DNA from: Desulfobacterales bacterium
GTDB lineage: Bacteria > Desulfobacterota > Desulfobacteria > Desulfobacterales > UBA2174
Length of the DNA: 64,000 bases
Direction of reading: 5' to 3'
NCBI GenBank assembly: GCA_963668645.2
Contig: CAXXWC010000021.1
Coordinates: forward strand, 224,001 to 288,000
Each line of letters starts with the position of its first letter. The first letter of the stretch is position 1. This document shows, piece after piece, positions 1-9,723 of the stretch. Under the pieces are notes generated by a model. That model was given only the letters and a program-made list of their open reading frames with translations. It had not been told where the DNA came from and searched no databases. A program made the position numbers and the translations under genes.

Positions 1-2
1 TC

Positions 3-296
3 GGCGGGGCACTGACCTTCGCCAACCTGCGCGGCTATCTCAAACCGTCGCTGGTCGGGGCGGTGATCAAACTAGTGGTCCTGCCCATAGTGGGCTATTT
101 TCTGCTGCGCCACCTGCAAGTCACCGGCGCAGCCTTCCAGACCGCCATGCTCTTCTTTGCACTGCCGACCTCCACGGCCATCTACGTGCTCTCGTCCCAG
201 CTCGGCAGCGACACGGCCTTGGCCTCGGCCACCATCGTGGTCTCCACCGTGCTGAGCTTTTTTTCCCTTTCCACCGTGCTTTTGCTGTTTTTCTGA
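3..296 (+). CDS. AEC (auxin efflux carrier)/malate permease family membrane transporter, C-terminal part (5' truncated by window edge)
   Basis: Frame open from position 3. Hydrophobic C-terminus with the AEC-type pattern IKLVVLP...ALPTSTAIYVLSSQLGSDTALASATIVVSTVLS. Confidence 0.75.
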   Translation, partial: GGALTFANLRGYLKPSLVGAVIKLVVLPIVGYFLLRHLQVTGAAFQTAMLFFALPTSTAIYVLSSQLGSDTALASATIVVSTVLSFFSLSTVLLLFF

Positions 297-348
297 GTGC
301 TGTCACCATCAATACCGGACCGGCAATCTTCGGTTGCCAAACATTCTT

Positions 349-371
349 ATTGCGCATAGAATATGCGCAAT
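349..371. promoter_or_regulatory. Perfect inverted repeat ATTGCGCATA-GAA-TATGCGCAAT upstream of ccdA; likely TA autoregulatory operator
   Basis: 10-bp arms seen directly, about 35 bp before the ccdA ATG. Type II antitoxins typically bind palindromes in their own promoter. Confidence 0.55.
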
Positions 372-404
372 GAATACCCATTATCTGTAAAGAAAGGCAG
401 GGGA

Positions 405-653
405 ATGCCGATCATCACTTACGATACGGCCGCAACCAAGAAGGCGACCAATGTCAGCATCAACGGCGATCTGCTGCGGCAGGCCAAAGAAGCGCGGATC
501 AACTTGTCACGGGTGCTGGAAGAACGACTGGTTCAGTTATTGGTTGAAAAAAAACGCCAGGCCTGGATTGACGAAAACCGGCAAGCCCTGGAAAATTACA
601 ACCGCCGCATCACGGCCCATGGCGTTTTCAGCAATGGCTTGCGGGGGTTTTGA
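405..653 (+). CDS. ccdA: CcdA family antitoxin
   Basis: KKATNVSINGDLLRQAKEARINLSRVLEERL...W..ENRQA...YN..I..HG.FS...R.F is the CcdA pattern. Purine-rich RBS before ATG405. Stop overlaps the ccdB start (TGATG). Confidence 0.9.
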   Translation: MPIITYDTAATKKATNVSINGDLLRQAKEARINLSRVLEERLVQLLVEKKRQAWIDENRQALENYNRRITAHGVFSNGLRGF

Positions 654-967
654 TGGCCCAGTTCGACGTTTACCGAAACCCCGATCCGCGCACCAATTCG
701 ACCATCCCCTACCTTGTGGATCTTCAGTCCGACCTGCTCGATATCTTGACGACGCGCGTCGTGGTCCCCTTGGTCAAGGCGGCGGTGATGGGCAAACCTG
801 CCAGATACCTGAATCCTTCCTTTGACATCGAAGGCCAGTTGGTTGTCATGTCCACTCCGGAGCTGGCCGGTGTATCCCTGCACCATTTGGGAGACAAGGC
901 CGGATCTCTGGCGCCGCACCGCGATGAGATCATTGCAGCTCTCGATTTACTGTTTACCGGATTCTGA
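653..967 (+). CDS. ccdB: CcdB family toxin (gyrase poison)
   Basis: MAQFDVYRNP...PYLVDLQSDLL..LTTRVVVPL...LNP...EIIAALDLLFTGF. Translationally coupled to ccdA. Confidence 0.92.
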   Translation: MAQFDVYRNPDPRTNSTIPYLVDLQSDLLDILTTRVVVPLVKAAVMGKPARYLNPSFDIEGQLVVMSTPELAGVSLHHLGDKAGSLAPHRDEIIAALDLLFTGF

Positions 968-979
968 TTCGTCCCGACC

Positions 980-1717
980 ATGCCGACCTTCAAGTTGACC
1001 ATCGAATACGACGGCACCGCCTATCACGGCTGGCAGCGCCAAAGAACCGAGCCGACCATCCAGGCCGCCATCGAAACGGCCCTGGCCGTCATGCTGCGCC
1101 GGCCGGTGCCCCTGATCGGCTCCGGGCGCACCGACGCCGGGGTCCACGCCCTGGGCCAGACGGCCCATTTTCGCGCCGAGACCCGGATCGCCCCCCAGGC
1201 CTTTTTGAAAGGGCTCAACAGCCTCCTGCCCGCCGACATCGTGATCAGCGAATGCGTCATCGCTGCAGACGACTTCCATGCCCGCTTCGACGTGCGCTCC
1301 AAGCACTACCGTTACCATATCCTCAATCGGATCCGGCCGGCCGCCATCGGCCGCCAGTACGTCTGGCAGATTCGCCGCCCTCTTGATGCCGGGGCCATGG
1401 CCCGGGCAGCCCAGACCCTGTGCGGCACCCACGATTTCAAGGCCTTCGAGGGCGCCGGCAGTCCGCGTGCCACCACGGTGCGCACCGTCCACCGCGCCGA
1501 TCTGACGACCGGCGACGAAGGCCGTATCATCTTCGACATCGAATGCAACGGTTTTCTGCGCTTCATGGTGCGCAATATCGTCGGGACGCTGGTGGAAATC
1601 GGAATGGGTAAACGTGCGCAGGCCGAAATGGCCGCAATCCTGGCAGGCGGCGACCGTTCCCGCTGCGGTGCCACGGCACCGCCCGGGGGCCTTTGCCTGA
1701 TGCGGGTCAGGTACTGA
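980..1717 (+). CDS. truA: tRNA pseudouridine(38-40) synthase TruA
   Basis: YDGTAYHGWQRQ, GRTDAGVHALGQ catalytic Asp motif, GTHDF, FLRFMVRNIVG, TAPPGGL. Confidence 0.97.
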   Translation: MPTFKLTIEYDGTAYHGWQRQRTEPTIQAAIETALAVMLRRPVPLIGSGRTDAGVHALGQTAHFRAETRIAPQAFLKGLNSLLPADIVISECVIAADDFHARFDVRSKHYRYHILNRIRPAAIGRQYVWQIRRPLDAGAMARAAQTLCGTHDFKAFEGAGSPRATTVRTVHRADLTTGDEGRIIFDIECNGFLRFMVRNIVGTLVEIGMGKRAQAEMAAILAGGDRSRCGATAPPGGLCLMRVRY

Positions 1718-1765
1718 CGGCAATGTGCCGCAAAAATATCACCAAGAAGCGCCGCACGGCATGGA

Positions 1766-3601
1766 TCAGCGGCCGGCCTGGCTCTTGAGTTCCTGTACAC
1801 GCCGGTTGTAGTAGGCGATGACGTCGCGCCGGTCGAGCATCCCGATCAGCTGCCCGTGGTCCTCGGCATTCACCACGGGCAGGCTGTCGATGTTGCGCGT
1901 GGTGAATTTTTGCATCACGTGGTTGAGGTCTTCGGCCGGGGTGGTGACGATGATCTCGCTGGTGGCGATGTCACGCACCACCACCAGATGCTCGATCTCA
2001 CGGGAAAAGAGCACGGCCCGGATGTCGGTGCTCGAAAAGATGCCCACCATCCGCCCTGCCGCGTCCATGACGGGAAAATAGTGCTGTTTGGTGCGGGAAA
2101 AGTACTGCTTGAAATCGAGAAACGGCATGCTCTCCGGTATCAGCTCGACCTTGCGCACCGACTCGATCAGGTCCTTGACCCGGATGGTCTGAAGGATATC
2201 GACAAAAAACTCTCCGGCATGGGCCTGGGAATCGATGCGGCTTTTGACCTGGTTGTGAAAAATGGTGAAATTGCGCGACAGCAGATAGGCCACCGAGCAG
2301 ACCAGCAGGCTGGGCAGCAGCAGGCCGTAAGAATTGGTCATCTCCGAGACGAAGATGATCGTCGAGATGGGCGTGTTGGACACCGCCGTGAAAAAACCGG
2401 CCATGCCCACCACCACGAATGCTCCCGGATCGGTAACCACCGAGGGCATGATATCGTGAAAAATCAACCCCACCGCCCCACCCATGGCGCCGCCGATCAC
2501 GATGGACGGTCCGAACACCCCGCCGCTGCCCCCGGAACCGATGGTAAACGAGGTGGTGAGGATCTTGCCGAATGCCAATGCCAGCAAAAACGGCACCGAA
2601 AGGTGGCAGAAGAGGGCCTGCTGGGCAAACCCATACCCGAATGCCAGGGTCTGGGGTAAGAAAAAACCGATGAGCCCGGTCAGCAGCCCGCCAACGGCCG
2701 GCTTGAGGAAATTTGGAATGCGCCAGCGATGAAAAATGTCCACCGTGCCGTAAAAGGATTTAACATAGAACCATCCGATGCCGGAAAGGATCACCGCCAG
2801 CACCAGGTAAGGCCCCAGCTCCAGGGGCTGGCGGAAAACGAAGGCCGGAGCCTGAAAAAGAGAGCCCCAGCCAAAGATCAGGCAGAAGATACAGTAGGCC
2901 ACCACCGAGGAAATACCGGCCGGGATGATCACCTCCGAGTCGAATTCCGGATCCCGGTAGAGCACTTCGGCGGCGAACAGGGCCCCGGCCAGCGGTGCCC
3001 GGAAAATGCTGCCCACCCCGGCAGCCACCCCGGCGGCCATCATGATGCGCCGGTCGCGGTTGGACAGGCCCAGACGGGTCGCCAGAAAGGAGCCGAAACC
3101 GGCCCCGATCTGGGCGATGGGCCCCTCCCGGCCGCCGCTGCCCCCGGTGGTCAGGGTCAGGGTGGAGGCGATGGTCTTGATGATCGGCACCCGGCCACGG
3201 ATGAATCCGCCGTGGCGGTGGAAGGCGTCGATGGCCGCATCGGTGCCGTGCCCCTCGGCTTCCGGGGCGAACGTGTAGACGATCCAGCCGCTGAGCAGCC
3301 CGCCGACAATCGGCAGGACCAGCAGAATCCAGCGATTGAATGGCGTAGCGGTGGGCGCCATCAGGTGGTGCTCGCCCGCCGGCGGTGGCGGCCGGTAACC
3401 GGCCAAACCGTCCAGAAAATGATGGAGCCCCAACTGGGTCAGGTACTGAAAGAGGGCGGCCCCCAGCCCGGCGATCACCCCGATAAGCACGAAGTGTACG
3501 GCCCACCGGCCGGCCCGGGAAAAATCCACCGGAATCCAGTCGGTCATCTTGCGGCGCTTTCGGGCAACCGTCCCTCCATTAGCGGGGGCCGGGGCAGTCA
3601 T
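1766..3601 (-). CDS. ClC chloride channel/H+-Cl- antiporter with C-terminal CBS pair
   Basis: GGSGGREGP, FRAPLAGALFAAE and GGVFGPS motifs, many TM segments, CBS-like tail (FPVMD..GRMVGI; LPVV...LIGML). Confidence 0.92.
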   Translation of the reverse strand: MTAPAPANGGTVARKRRKMTDWIPVDFSRAGRWAVHFVLIGVIAGLGAALFQYLTQLGLHHFLDGLAGYRPPPPAGEHHLMAPTATPFNRWILLVLPIVGGLLSGWIVYTFAPEAEGHGTDAAIDAFHRHGGFIRGRVPIIKTIASTLTLTTGGSGGREGPIAQIGAGFGSFLATRLGLSNRDRRIMMAAGVAAGVGSIFRAPLAGALFAAEVLYRDPEFDSEVIIPAGISSVVAYCIFCLIFGWGSLFQAPAFVFRQPLELGPYLVLAVILSGIGWFYVKSFYGTVDIFHRWRIPNFLKPAVGGLLTGLIGFFLPQTLAFGYGFAQQALFCHLSVPFLLALAFGKILTTSFTIGSGGSGGVFGPSIVIGGAMGGAVGLIFHDIMPSVVTDPGAFVVVGMAGFFTAVSNTPISTIIFVSEMTNSYGLLLPSLLVCSVAYLLSRNFTIFHNQVKSRIDSQAHAGEFFVDILQTIRVKDLIESVRKVELIPESMPFLDFKQYFSRTKQHYFPVMDAAGRMVGIFSSTDIRAVLFSREIEHLVVVRDIATSEIIVTTPAEDLNHVMQKFTTRNIDSLPVVNAEDHGQLIGMLDRRDVIAYYNRRVQELKSQAGR

Positions 3602-4911
3602 CGGGGACTCAGGTCCTCCACGCCCTGAAGGATGGTGTCGAAAAGGGCCTGGATATCATCGGCCTCGATGCATGAAAAGGCCACCCGCAGGTTTTGTTCA
3701 CCCAGGGCGATGAGCCCCACCCCGTAACGGTCCAGCAAGTGAACCCGCAAGGTTTCGGCCGCCACGGTCTTAAGCCGCAGGCACATGAAGTAGCCGGAGT
3801 TGAACGGATAGACATCCCAGGCCGCGGCGTACTTGGAGTCCGCCAGCACCTGCTTGACCCGCTCGGCACGCTCTTTGAGGACCTCGAACTTTTCCTGCTT
3901 CTCTTCCCGGTAGTCGGGGCTCTGCATCGAATCCAGCACCAGGCGCTGGCTCAGGTGGGACGCGTTGGAAATCGTGCCGCGGATGGACCCGGCGGTCTTT
4001 TTTTCCAGGGCCTCGTACACCGGCCGCGGATCACCCTCCAGCGGGCAGCCGTAAGTGATGAATCCGACCCTCAGCCCCCAGACGAAGTTTTCCTTGGTCG
4101 CACCGTCCACCTTGACCGCCAGAAGCCGCGGGTGGCGATCGACCAGGCGCGCGAACAGGGACTCGCGCATCGTTTCGGCGGTGTAAAAGAGCCCGAAGTA
4201 AGCATCGTCGGTAACGGCAAGGATCCGCGCGCCGGACTCGGCCTGTTTGACCAGGCACCTTGCGATGGATTCGGCCTCGATTTCGCTGGGCGTATAGCCT
4301 GATGGGTTGTGGGGAAAGTTGAGCAGAACGATGACCTTACCGTTCTCTTTGGCTTCGCGGCTCACGACATCCTCGAAGGCCTCGATGTCCAATCCACCGA
4401 TCTCGTTGAAAAAACGGTAGGTGGCGATCCTGGCCCCCCTGCGCACCCCGAAAATCATGCTGTAGTTGCCCCACATCATATCGGGCAGCACCAGCACGTC
4501 TCCCGGCGCCACCCACAGATCGGCAAAGGTGCTCAGGGCATGGGTCACGCCGCTGCAGACCACCGGCAGGCTGATGGCCTTTCCCGCCAGGCTCGGATTC
4601 TTTTCTAGCAGGGCCTCAGTCCAGCAACGGCGCAGGTCCGCGAGACCGAAGGAGGGCGCGTAGTTGAGGGTCTTTTCGGGCTTCAGATCCCCCAGCGGCG
4701 CCATTACCGACTTAAAGTGCATGGTTCCACGGCGGTCGGTGGCGATTCCGATGGTGGCGTTGAAGCGATGGGCCTTTTCCTTGGCTTCGGCGCTCTGGCT
4801 CAAGATTCCTTTGGGGAAAAAAAGTTGTTTGCCCATGGGGGCCAACATCTCGAAAAGATCGGGGTTGGCACGGGATATCACTTCGTTCAGTTGGGCGGCG
4901 ATCGGGTTCAT
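3598..4911 (-). CDS. PLP-dependent aminotransferase class I/II
   Basis: NFPHNPSGY, DDAYFGL, DGATKENFVWGLRVGF (PLP lysine), LRVAFS. Confidence 0.9.
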   Translation of the reverse strand: MNPIAAQLNEVISRANPDLFEMLAPMGKQLFFPKGILSQSAEAKEKAHRFNATIGIATDRRGTMHFKSVMAPLGDLKPEKTLNYAPSFGLADLRRCWTEALLEKNPSLAGKAISLPVVCSGVTHALSTFADLWVAPGDVLVLPDMMWGNYSMIFGVRRGARIATYRFFNEIGGLDIEAFEDVVSREAKENGKVIVLLNFPHNPSGYTPSEIEAESIARCLVKQAESGARILAVTDDAYFGLFYTAETMRESLFARLVDRHPRLLAVKVDGATKENFVWGLRVGFITYGCPLEGDPRPVYEALEKKTAGSIRGTISNASHLSQRLVLDSMQSPDYREEKQEKFEVLKERAERVKQVLADSKYAAAWDVYPFNSGYFMCLRLKTVAAETLRVHLLDRYGVGLIALGEQNLRVAFSCIEADDIQALFDTILQGVEDLSPR

Positions 4912-5078
4912 GCACGTTTCTCCATGCGACGGTTGGTTACGAGGCGCGCCGCTGGGTTCTTGAAGGTGTCTCCGGCGGCACGCCGATTCGACAAATCTTG
5001 ATTACATACCGGGGCCGACTTATACATGTCAAGACTCTCATCGTTCTGTCAGCAATTCAATGAAGGGTGGAAAGCGGC

Positions 5079-5807
5079 GTGAAAAAAATCCTGATTCTGA
5101 AGCTGGGAAGCACCTTTGCCGGCCTGGCGGCCCAACGTGGCGATTTCGAAAACTGGATCATGGACCGCTCGGGGTTGGCGCCTGAGTTTTTTGAGGTTGC
5201 GGACGCCTGTTGCGGCCGGCCTCTGCCCGATGCGGTGGATTTCGCGGGCGTCGTTCTGACCGGGTCCCACGACATGGTCACCGATCGCCGGCCCTGGAGT
5301 GAAACCACCGCGGCCTGGATTCCCACCGTGATGAAACAGGAGGTCCCGCTGTTGGGCATCTGCTACGGCCATCAACTCATCGCCCACGCCTTGGGCGGCC
5401 GGGTGGGCGACAACCCCAGCGGCATGGAGATGGGCGCGGTGCAAATTCGCCTGACCGCCCAAGGACACGGTAATTTTCTGTTCAAAGACCTGCCCGGTGA
5501 AATAATGGTCATCGCCTGCCATACCCAGTCGGTGCTCGCCCTGCCGCCCGGGGCGGTCCGGCTGGCCGGCTCCGCCCGGGACGGACACCACGCTTTTGCC
5601 GTGGGAGAAACCGGTTGGGGGGTTCAGTTCCACCCTGAATTCGATGCCCCCATCATGGAAACCTATATCCGTGAAACGGCCGGGGCCCTGATCCGCCAGG
5701 GGCAAAATCCCGATGAGCTCATCCGGGGGCTGGGAGCCTTGTCCCATGCAGGCAGCGCCGTGCTGGAACGATTTTGCACCCTAGCCCTGCATCGAACCGC
5801 TCAATAG
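5079..5807 (+). CDS. Class I glutamine amidotransferase (GMP synthase GATase-like)
   Basis: GVVLTGS, LLGICYGHQLIA (catalytic Cys), GVQFHPE (His-Glu). Start GTG5079 or GTG5067. Confidence 0.88.
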   Translation: MKKILILKLGSTFAGLAAQRGDFENWIMDRSGLAPEFFEVADACCGRPLPDAVDFAGVVLTGSHDMVTDRRPWSETTAAWIPTVMKQEVPLLGICYGHQLIAHALGGRVGDNPSGMEMGAVQIRLTAQGHGNFLFKDLPGEIMVIACHTQSVLALPPGAVRLAGSARDGHHAFAVGETGWGVQFHPEFDAPIMETYIRETAGALIRQGQNPDELIRGLGALSHAGSAVLERFCTLALHRTAQ

Positions 5808-5851
5808 CCGCCTATCCCGGTATCACCGGGATAGCGGCAAGACGGCCCGGG

Positions 5852-8503
5852 TCAGCCGCCTGCGGGCATCCCCTCATGGTGCACCGAATCTTCCATATCG
5901 ATGCGATGGCAGACCTTGCATTTGCCCCCGGCACCGATGGGCCGCCGGTTGCCCTGGTACTGGAGCGGCTGGAGGTTGTCGCGGTCGCGGCCGAACCACC
6001 GGTTGGCCGCCGGGTAGACGGCGTGCGTGGCACCGTGGCAGGCCTCGCACTGCAAGAGCCCGGTATCATCCGTGCGCATGCGGTAAAGATCCGCGGCCCC
6101 GCCGGTCCATCGGTTGAAGGCCGAAACATCCGCCGGGTCCGGCCGCACAAAAGCATCCGTGTGGCATCCGGTGCAGTCGGGCTCCTGGATCCAGGGAAGG
6201 CGGCCGATGATTTCTTCCTTGTGCGCCAGGGTTCTTGCCTCCAGGTGCGCCATGAGACGGCGCGCCCCCGCTTTGCCGGTTTGATCTTCGTGTTTGAGCA
6301 GACTCAGGGCGTGATCTTCCAGGGTGCCGTGGCAGTGGGTGCAGTCCAGGTTGCGGGCATGGGGCCCGCGCAGGCATGTGGTCGGCCCGGCCGGGTCGGA
6401 GGGATGGCACATGGCACAGGCATCGGCCCCGCGGCCGGTAAGGTAGTTGGCATGCCAGCCGTGGATGGCCGCCGGGAAATTGAGCAGGTCCGCACGGCCG
6501 GCAGTGTTCAGGACCGGGTCGGCATGGCAGCTTTGGCAAAGGCGCGGATTTCCGGCTTCGGCCCCTGCCAGCAATGCGGTGCCGCTGTGCTTGTCGTGGA
6601 CCTTGAGGATGCGCCGGCTCGTCTCTTGGGTAAACCCGGCCTTGCCCTCCACCCGCCACCCTCCGCCGTGGCATTTGGTGCAGCCCATCTCGCTGCTGGT
6701 GGGCGCCACCACCCGGGTCTCGGCCAACAGGGCCTGGCTGCGGCTGTCGCGTGCTTCCACCGTAAAGACCGGATAGGGATTGTAGCGGCCGTCCTGATAA
6801 GGAACAACCGGAACCAGGGTAGCAGCAAAGATTTGTCTTTCCGCGTCGAATTTCATTCCCCCCCCAACCCGGTTGCCCGAAAGTCCGACACCCGGCGCCA
6901 GGTCCTGCTCCAGACCGAAATTCGATCGGGCGTGGTGCCAGAACTCGACCTGGGCCTCGGGGTGCTCGAACCCGGACTCGACCCGGTAGGTCAGCACCAC
7001 GTTCTCTGTGACCAGTTCGGGAGTCTCTCCGCGCCGGATCAGCTGGGCGTGCAGGTCGTTGGCCGGGGGCAGGATCACCCACCACGGATCCGAGTCGCTC
7101 AGGCAGTGCATCCCGAGGTTGTTCCAGGCCAGCAGCACGTACTCGTCCTGCTCAGGATCGAAGGGCGCCGGATCCGGGATCGATTCCCGGGCCGTTGCGG
7201 CCACTCGATCCTGCGGCGTTTTCCCCTGGACCGTCCGGCACAGATAGGCCGCCAGGGCGCGCCGCTCCGCGGCGTTGCCGAAAAAAGGCGGCATGTAGGC
7301 TGCCAGGCGGCCCTGGCCCGCCAGCTGGGCTTCCAGCCCATCTTCGGTAAAATCGGCGGTCAGCGGGACGATGTCGTTCATCGGCCCGCCCAGGGCATGG
7401 CAGGCGCTGCACTGGAGGCGGAAAAGTTCGCGGCCGGCCTGGGTCATGTTCTCCAGGTCCACTTTCCGGATCCGGGACCACCTGGCGGCTTTAAGAAAGG
7501 ACCCGTCCTTAAGTTCAGCCGCCTCGGCCCGGGTAACGGCGTTGGCGTACATGGAACCGTAGATCACCCAAGGCCTTCTGCCCGCCTCGCGGATGAACTC
7601 GAAGCTGCCCAGGTGGGCGAACCCGATGAGCGCCACCGCCACGGCGAGCAATTGATGCGCCGGCCTGGGCAGTCTGAAAAGGGCCAGCGCAGTGCCTGCC
7701 GGCAGCAGCGGGCTCAGCCAGATAAAGCGTTTCAGCCAAGGCGCCACTTCTCGGGCGCCTTGGAGGACCATGGCCTGCTGGGCTTCGGGCAGGGCGCGCA
7801 GATACCATAAACCGGCCAGCGCCATAACCACGAACGGGGCCAGGACCCAGCCGGCGCTGTAACGCACCGCCCGCCGGCGCAGGCCGGCATCGTACTGCCA
7901 GGCGCCGGTGAGCATTCCGAAAATCCCGGCGGTCATCGCCGCCAGGGCGGTACGAAAAACCAGGGACGGCCAAAAGCTCGGGTTGAAAAACCCTTCCCAG
8001 AAGCTGCCGCTCTGGATCCAGCTGCCCGGCGTGAGCATGAAGCCGATAATCCCGTTGATCAAAAAAAGCGACAGCCAGGCGAAAGCAAAGTAGAACCAGC
8101 CGACGATCTCGTGGTCGCGCGGGGCCATGGTGTCGAACTTGTAGTAATAGACGAGCAAGGCCACGATCTCGCCGAGAAAACAGACCCACTCGGCGGCCCA
8201 GCCGAAAACGAAGGTGTGGATCAGGGCGCTGGTGGCCGCTGGGTTAAGCAGGGCGATGGTCCACCAGATGCCCACCCCCGAAATGCCGCCGAACACCATG
8301 GTCAGCAAAAGAAAAAACCTGGCATGCCCCCGCAGAAAGTCCAGCAGGGCGGCATCATGGGTGCGCCGGGCCCGGCGCTCGACCAGCACGAGCCACAACC
8401 CGCCGCCCACGGCAAAATGGCTTACAAAGACGTGGGTGACGGCGACCAGGGCGATCCAAAAGCCGCCGCCCGTAAACATCAGGTCCCAGACCGGATAGTT
8501 CAT
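5852..8503 (-). CDS. Cytochrome bd subunit I-like membrane domain fused to a multiheme (8 CxxCH) cytochrome c region
   Basis: CydA-like N-terminus (HVFVSHFAVGGG, GGISGVGIW, WAAEW..F..E, EFIREAGRRPWVIYG). CxxCH motifs: CSACH, CTKCH, CQSCH, CAMCH, CTHCH, CTGCH, CEACH, CKVCH. Confidence 0.8.
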   Translation of the reverse strand: MNYPVWDLMFTGGGFWIALVAVTHVFVSHFAVGGGLWLVLVERRARRTHDAALLDFLRGHARFFLLLTMVFGGISGVGIWWTIALLNPAATSALIHTFVFGWAAEWVCFLGEIVALLVYYYKFDTMAPRDHEIVGWFYFAFAWLSLFLINGIIGFMLTPGSWIQSGSFWEGFFNPSFWPSLVFRTALAAMTAGIFGMLTGAWQYDAGLRRRAVRYSAGWVLAPFVVMALAGLWYLRALPEAQQAMVLQGAREVAPWLKRFIWLSPLLPAGTALALFRLPRPAHQLLAVAVALIGFAHLGSFEFIREAGRRPWVIYGSMYANAVTRAEAAELKDGSFLKAARWSRIRKVDLENMTQAGRELFRLQCSACHALGGPMNDIVPLTADFTEDGLEAQLAGQGRLAAYMPPFFGNAAERRALAAYLCRTVQGKTPQDRVAATARESIPDPAPFDPEQDEYVLLAWNNLGMHCLSDSDPWWVILPPANDLHAQLIRRGETPELVTENVVLTYRVESGFEHPEAQVEFWHHARSNFGLEQDLAPGVGLSGNRVGGGMKFDAERQIFAATLVPVVPYQDGRYNPYPVFTVEARDSRSQALLAETRVVAPTSSEMGCTKCHGGGWRVEGKAGFTQETSRRILKVHDKHSGTALLAGAEAGNPRLCQSCHADPVLNTAGRADLLNFPAAIHGWHANYLTGRGADACAMCHPSDPAGPTTCLRGPHARNLDCTHCHGTLEDHALSLLKHEDQTGKAGARRLMAHLEARTLAHKEEIIGRLPWIQEPDCTGCHTDAFVRPDPADVSAFNRWTGGAADLYRMRTDDTGLLQCEACHGATHAVYPAANRWFGRDRDNLQPLQYQGNRRPIGAGGKCKVCHRIDMEDSVHHEGMPAGG

Positions 8504-8504
8504 C

Positions 8505-9566
8505 TCAACCCTCCTTGGCAGCCCGGAGGGCCAGCTTGAGCATGTAGGCGACGCAACCGATACCCACGGCCAAAACGGCCAAAAAGAAGATCAGGGGTGA
8601 GACCTGCGGCGCAACGGTCAGTTGGCCGGGGTGAAACACCCCCTCAAGGTAGCCGAAGCGCACGATCTCACGCAGCACGGCCATGACGGCCACCGTCGCC
8701 ACGAGCCAGGCGGCGGCGGATTTAACCTTTTTTTGAAATCCGAGGACCACGGCCCAGACCCCGGTGCCGATGCCGGCGATGAGCAGCCCCGAGGCCAGCG
8801 GCCGTCCGCCCATGAAAAGGCGCATCACATCCGCGCGCAGGGCCATAAGCCACCAGAGCCCGATCGCCATCTGGATCAGACTGCCGTGGGTGAAAAAACG
8901 CAAAGCCCAGTCGCGGGCCGCCGCCGCCCCGGCCATCCCCCGGCGTGCGCGCCCGTCCTGGATCAGGGCCGCGAAAAGTCCCCCCACGGCCACGGCCCCC
9001 ACCACCATGTGCAGCCAGCGCGGCCAGAGGGTCGGTTCTGCGAGGTTGAGCCACGCGCCGGACGGATTCTCGAACCCGGCCGCCCAGCGTGCCGGTGTAA
9101 GGGCCAGGGTGCTGTTGCTGGCGAACATGAAGCTCACGTAGAGCAGCAACCCGATGGCCAGCAGGCTTCCGATGCGTTGCAGGGGCGCCTCGTAGCGGAA
9201 ATAAACGACATAGGCGGCGTAGTAGGCCACGATGAGTGCCGGGATCACCGCCAGCCACCAGCGCGCCATCAGGATGCTGCTGGCATAAAAGAAGTGCCCG
9301 TAAAGGACCTGCAAAAAGAGCAGCGGCACCACGCCGGCATTGACGGCCAGGGCCACCAGGGTGGGCACCCGGCCGGCCATGTCACGGGCCGCCGGTGCAC
9401 CCGGACCGACGCGGCGCCAGCCACCGGCCAAAGTAACCACCACGCCGCCGAACATGGCGTTCATCAGCAGAATGTGGAGGCTGAACGTCAGGGTCAGCAG
9501 GACCTGGAACCAGCCCCAGCCGACCTGGAGAGTGTCGGGCCGGGGGATGAGCTGATGGGGGGGCAT
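8505..9566 (-). CDS. Polytopic membrane protein; probable partner subunit of the bd-like oxidoreductase
   Basis: About 9 hydrophobic segments with His residues (LHILLMN, RWLHMVVG), GVVPLLFLQVLYG motif. RBS AAGGA. Ends 1 nt before the cytochrome gene start. Confidence 0.7.
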   Translation of the reverse strand: MPPHQLIPRPDTLQVGWGWFQVLLTLTFSLHILLMNAMFGGVVVTLAGGWRRVGPGAPAARDMAGRVPTLVALAVNAGVVPLLFLQVLYGHFFYASSILMARWWLAVIPALIVAYYAAYVVYFRYEAPLQRIGSLLAIGLLLYVSFMFASNSTLALTPARWAAGFENPSGAWLNLAEPTLWPRWLHMVVGAVAVGGLFAALIQDGRARRGMAGAAAARDWALRFFTHGSLIQMAIGLWWLMALRADVMRLFMGGRPLASGLLIAGIGTGVWAVVLGFQKKVKSAAAWLVATVAVMAVLREIVRFGYLEGVFHPGQLTVAPQVSPLIFFLAVLAVGIGCVAYMLKLALRAAKEG

Positions 9567-9723
9567 CAAAAAGTCCTTTCCTTCCTTACTTGCAGTTGCC
9601 AGTGTTGGATTTTGAGTGTAGATTCAACCCATTCGGCATCTTGGATCTTTCCAGCCGCCTGAATTCGAGTGTGAAGGGCAACGCGCGATTTACGGATTGG
9701 AAAAACCGCCCAAGGAGGTGCGC

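Noticed and set aside
5774..7810. 678-aa plus-strand ORF
   Set aside because: Antisense shadow of the multiheme cytochrome gene, typical of high-GC DNA; no motifs.
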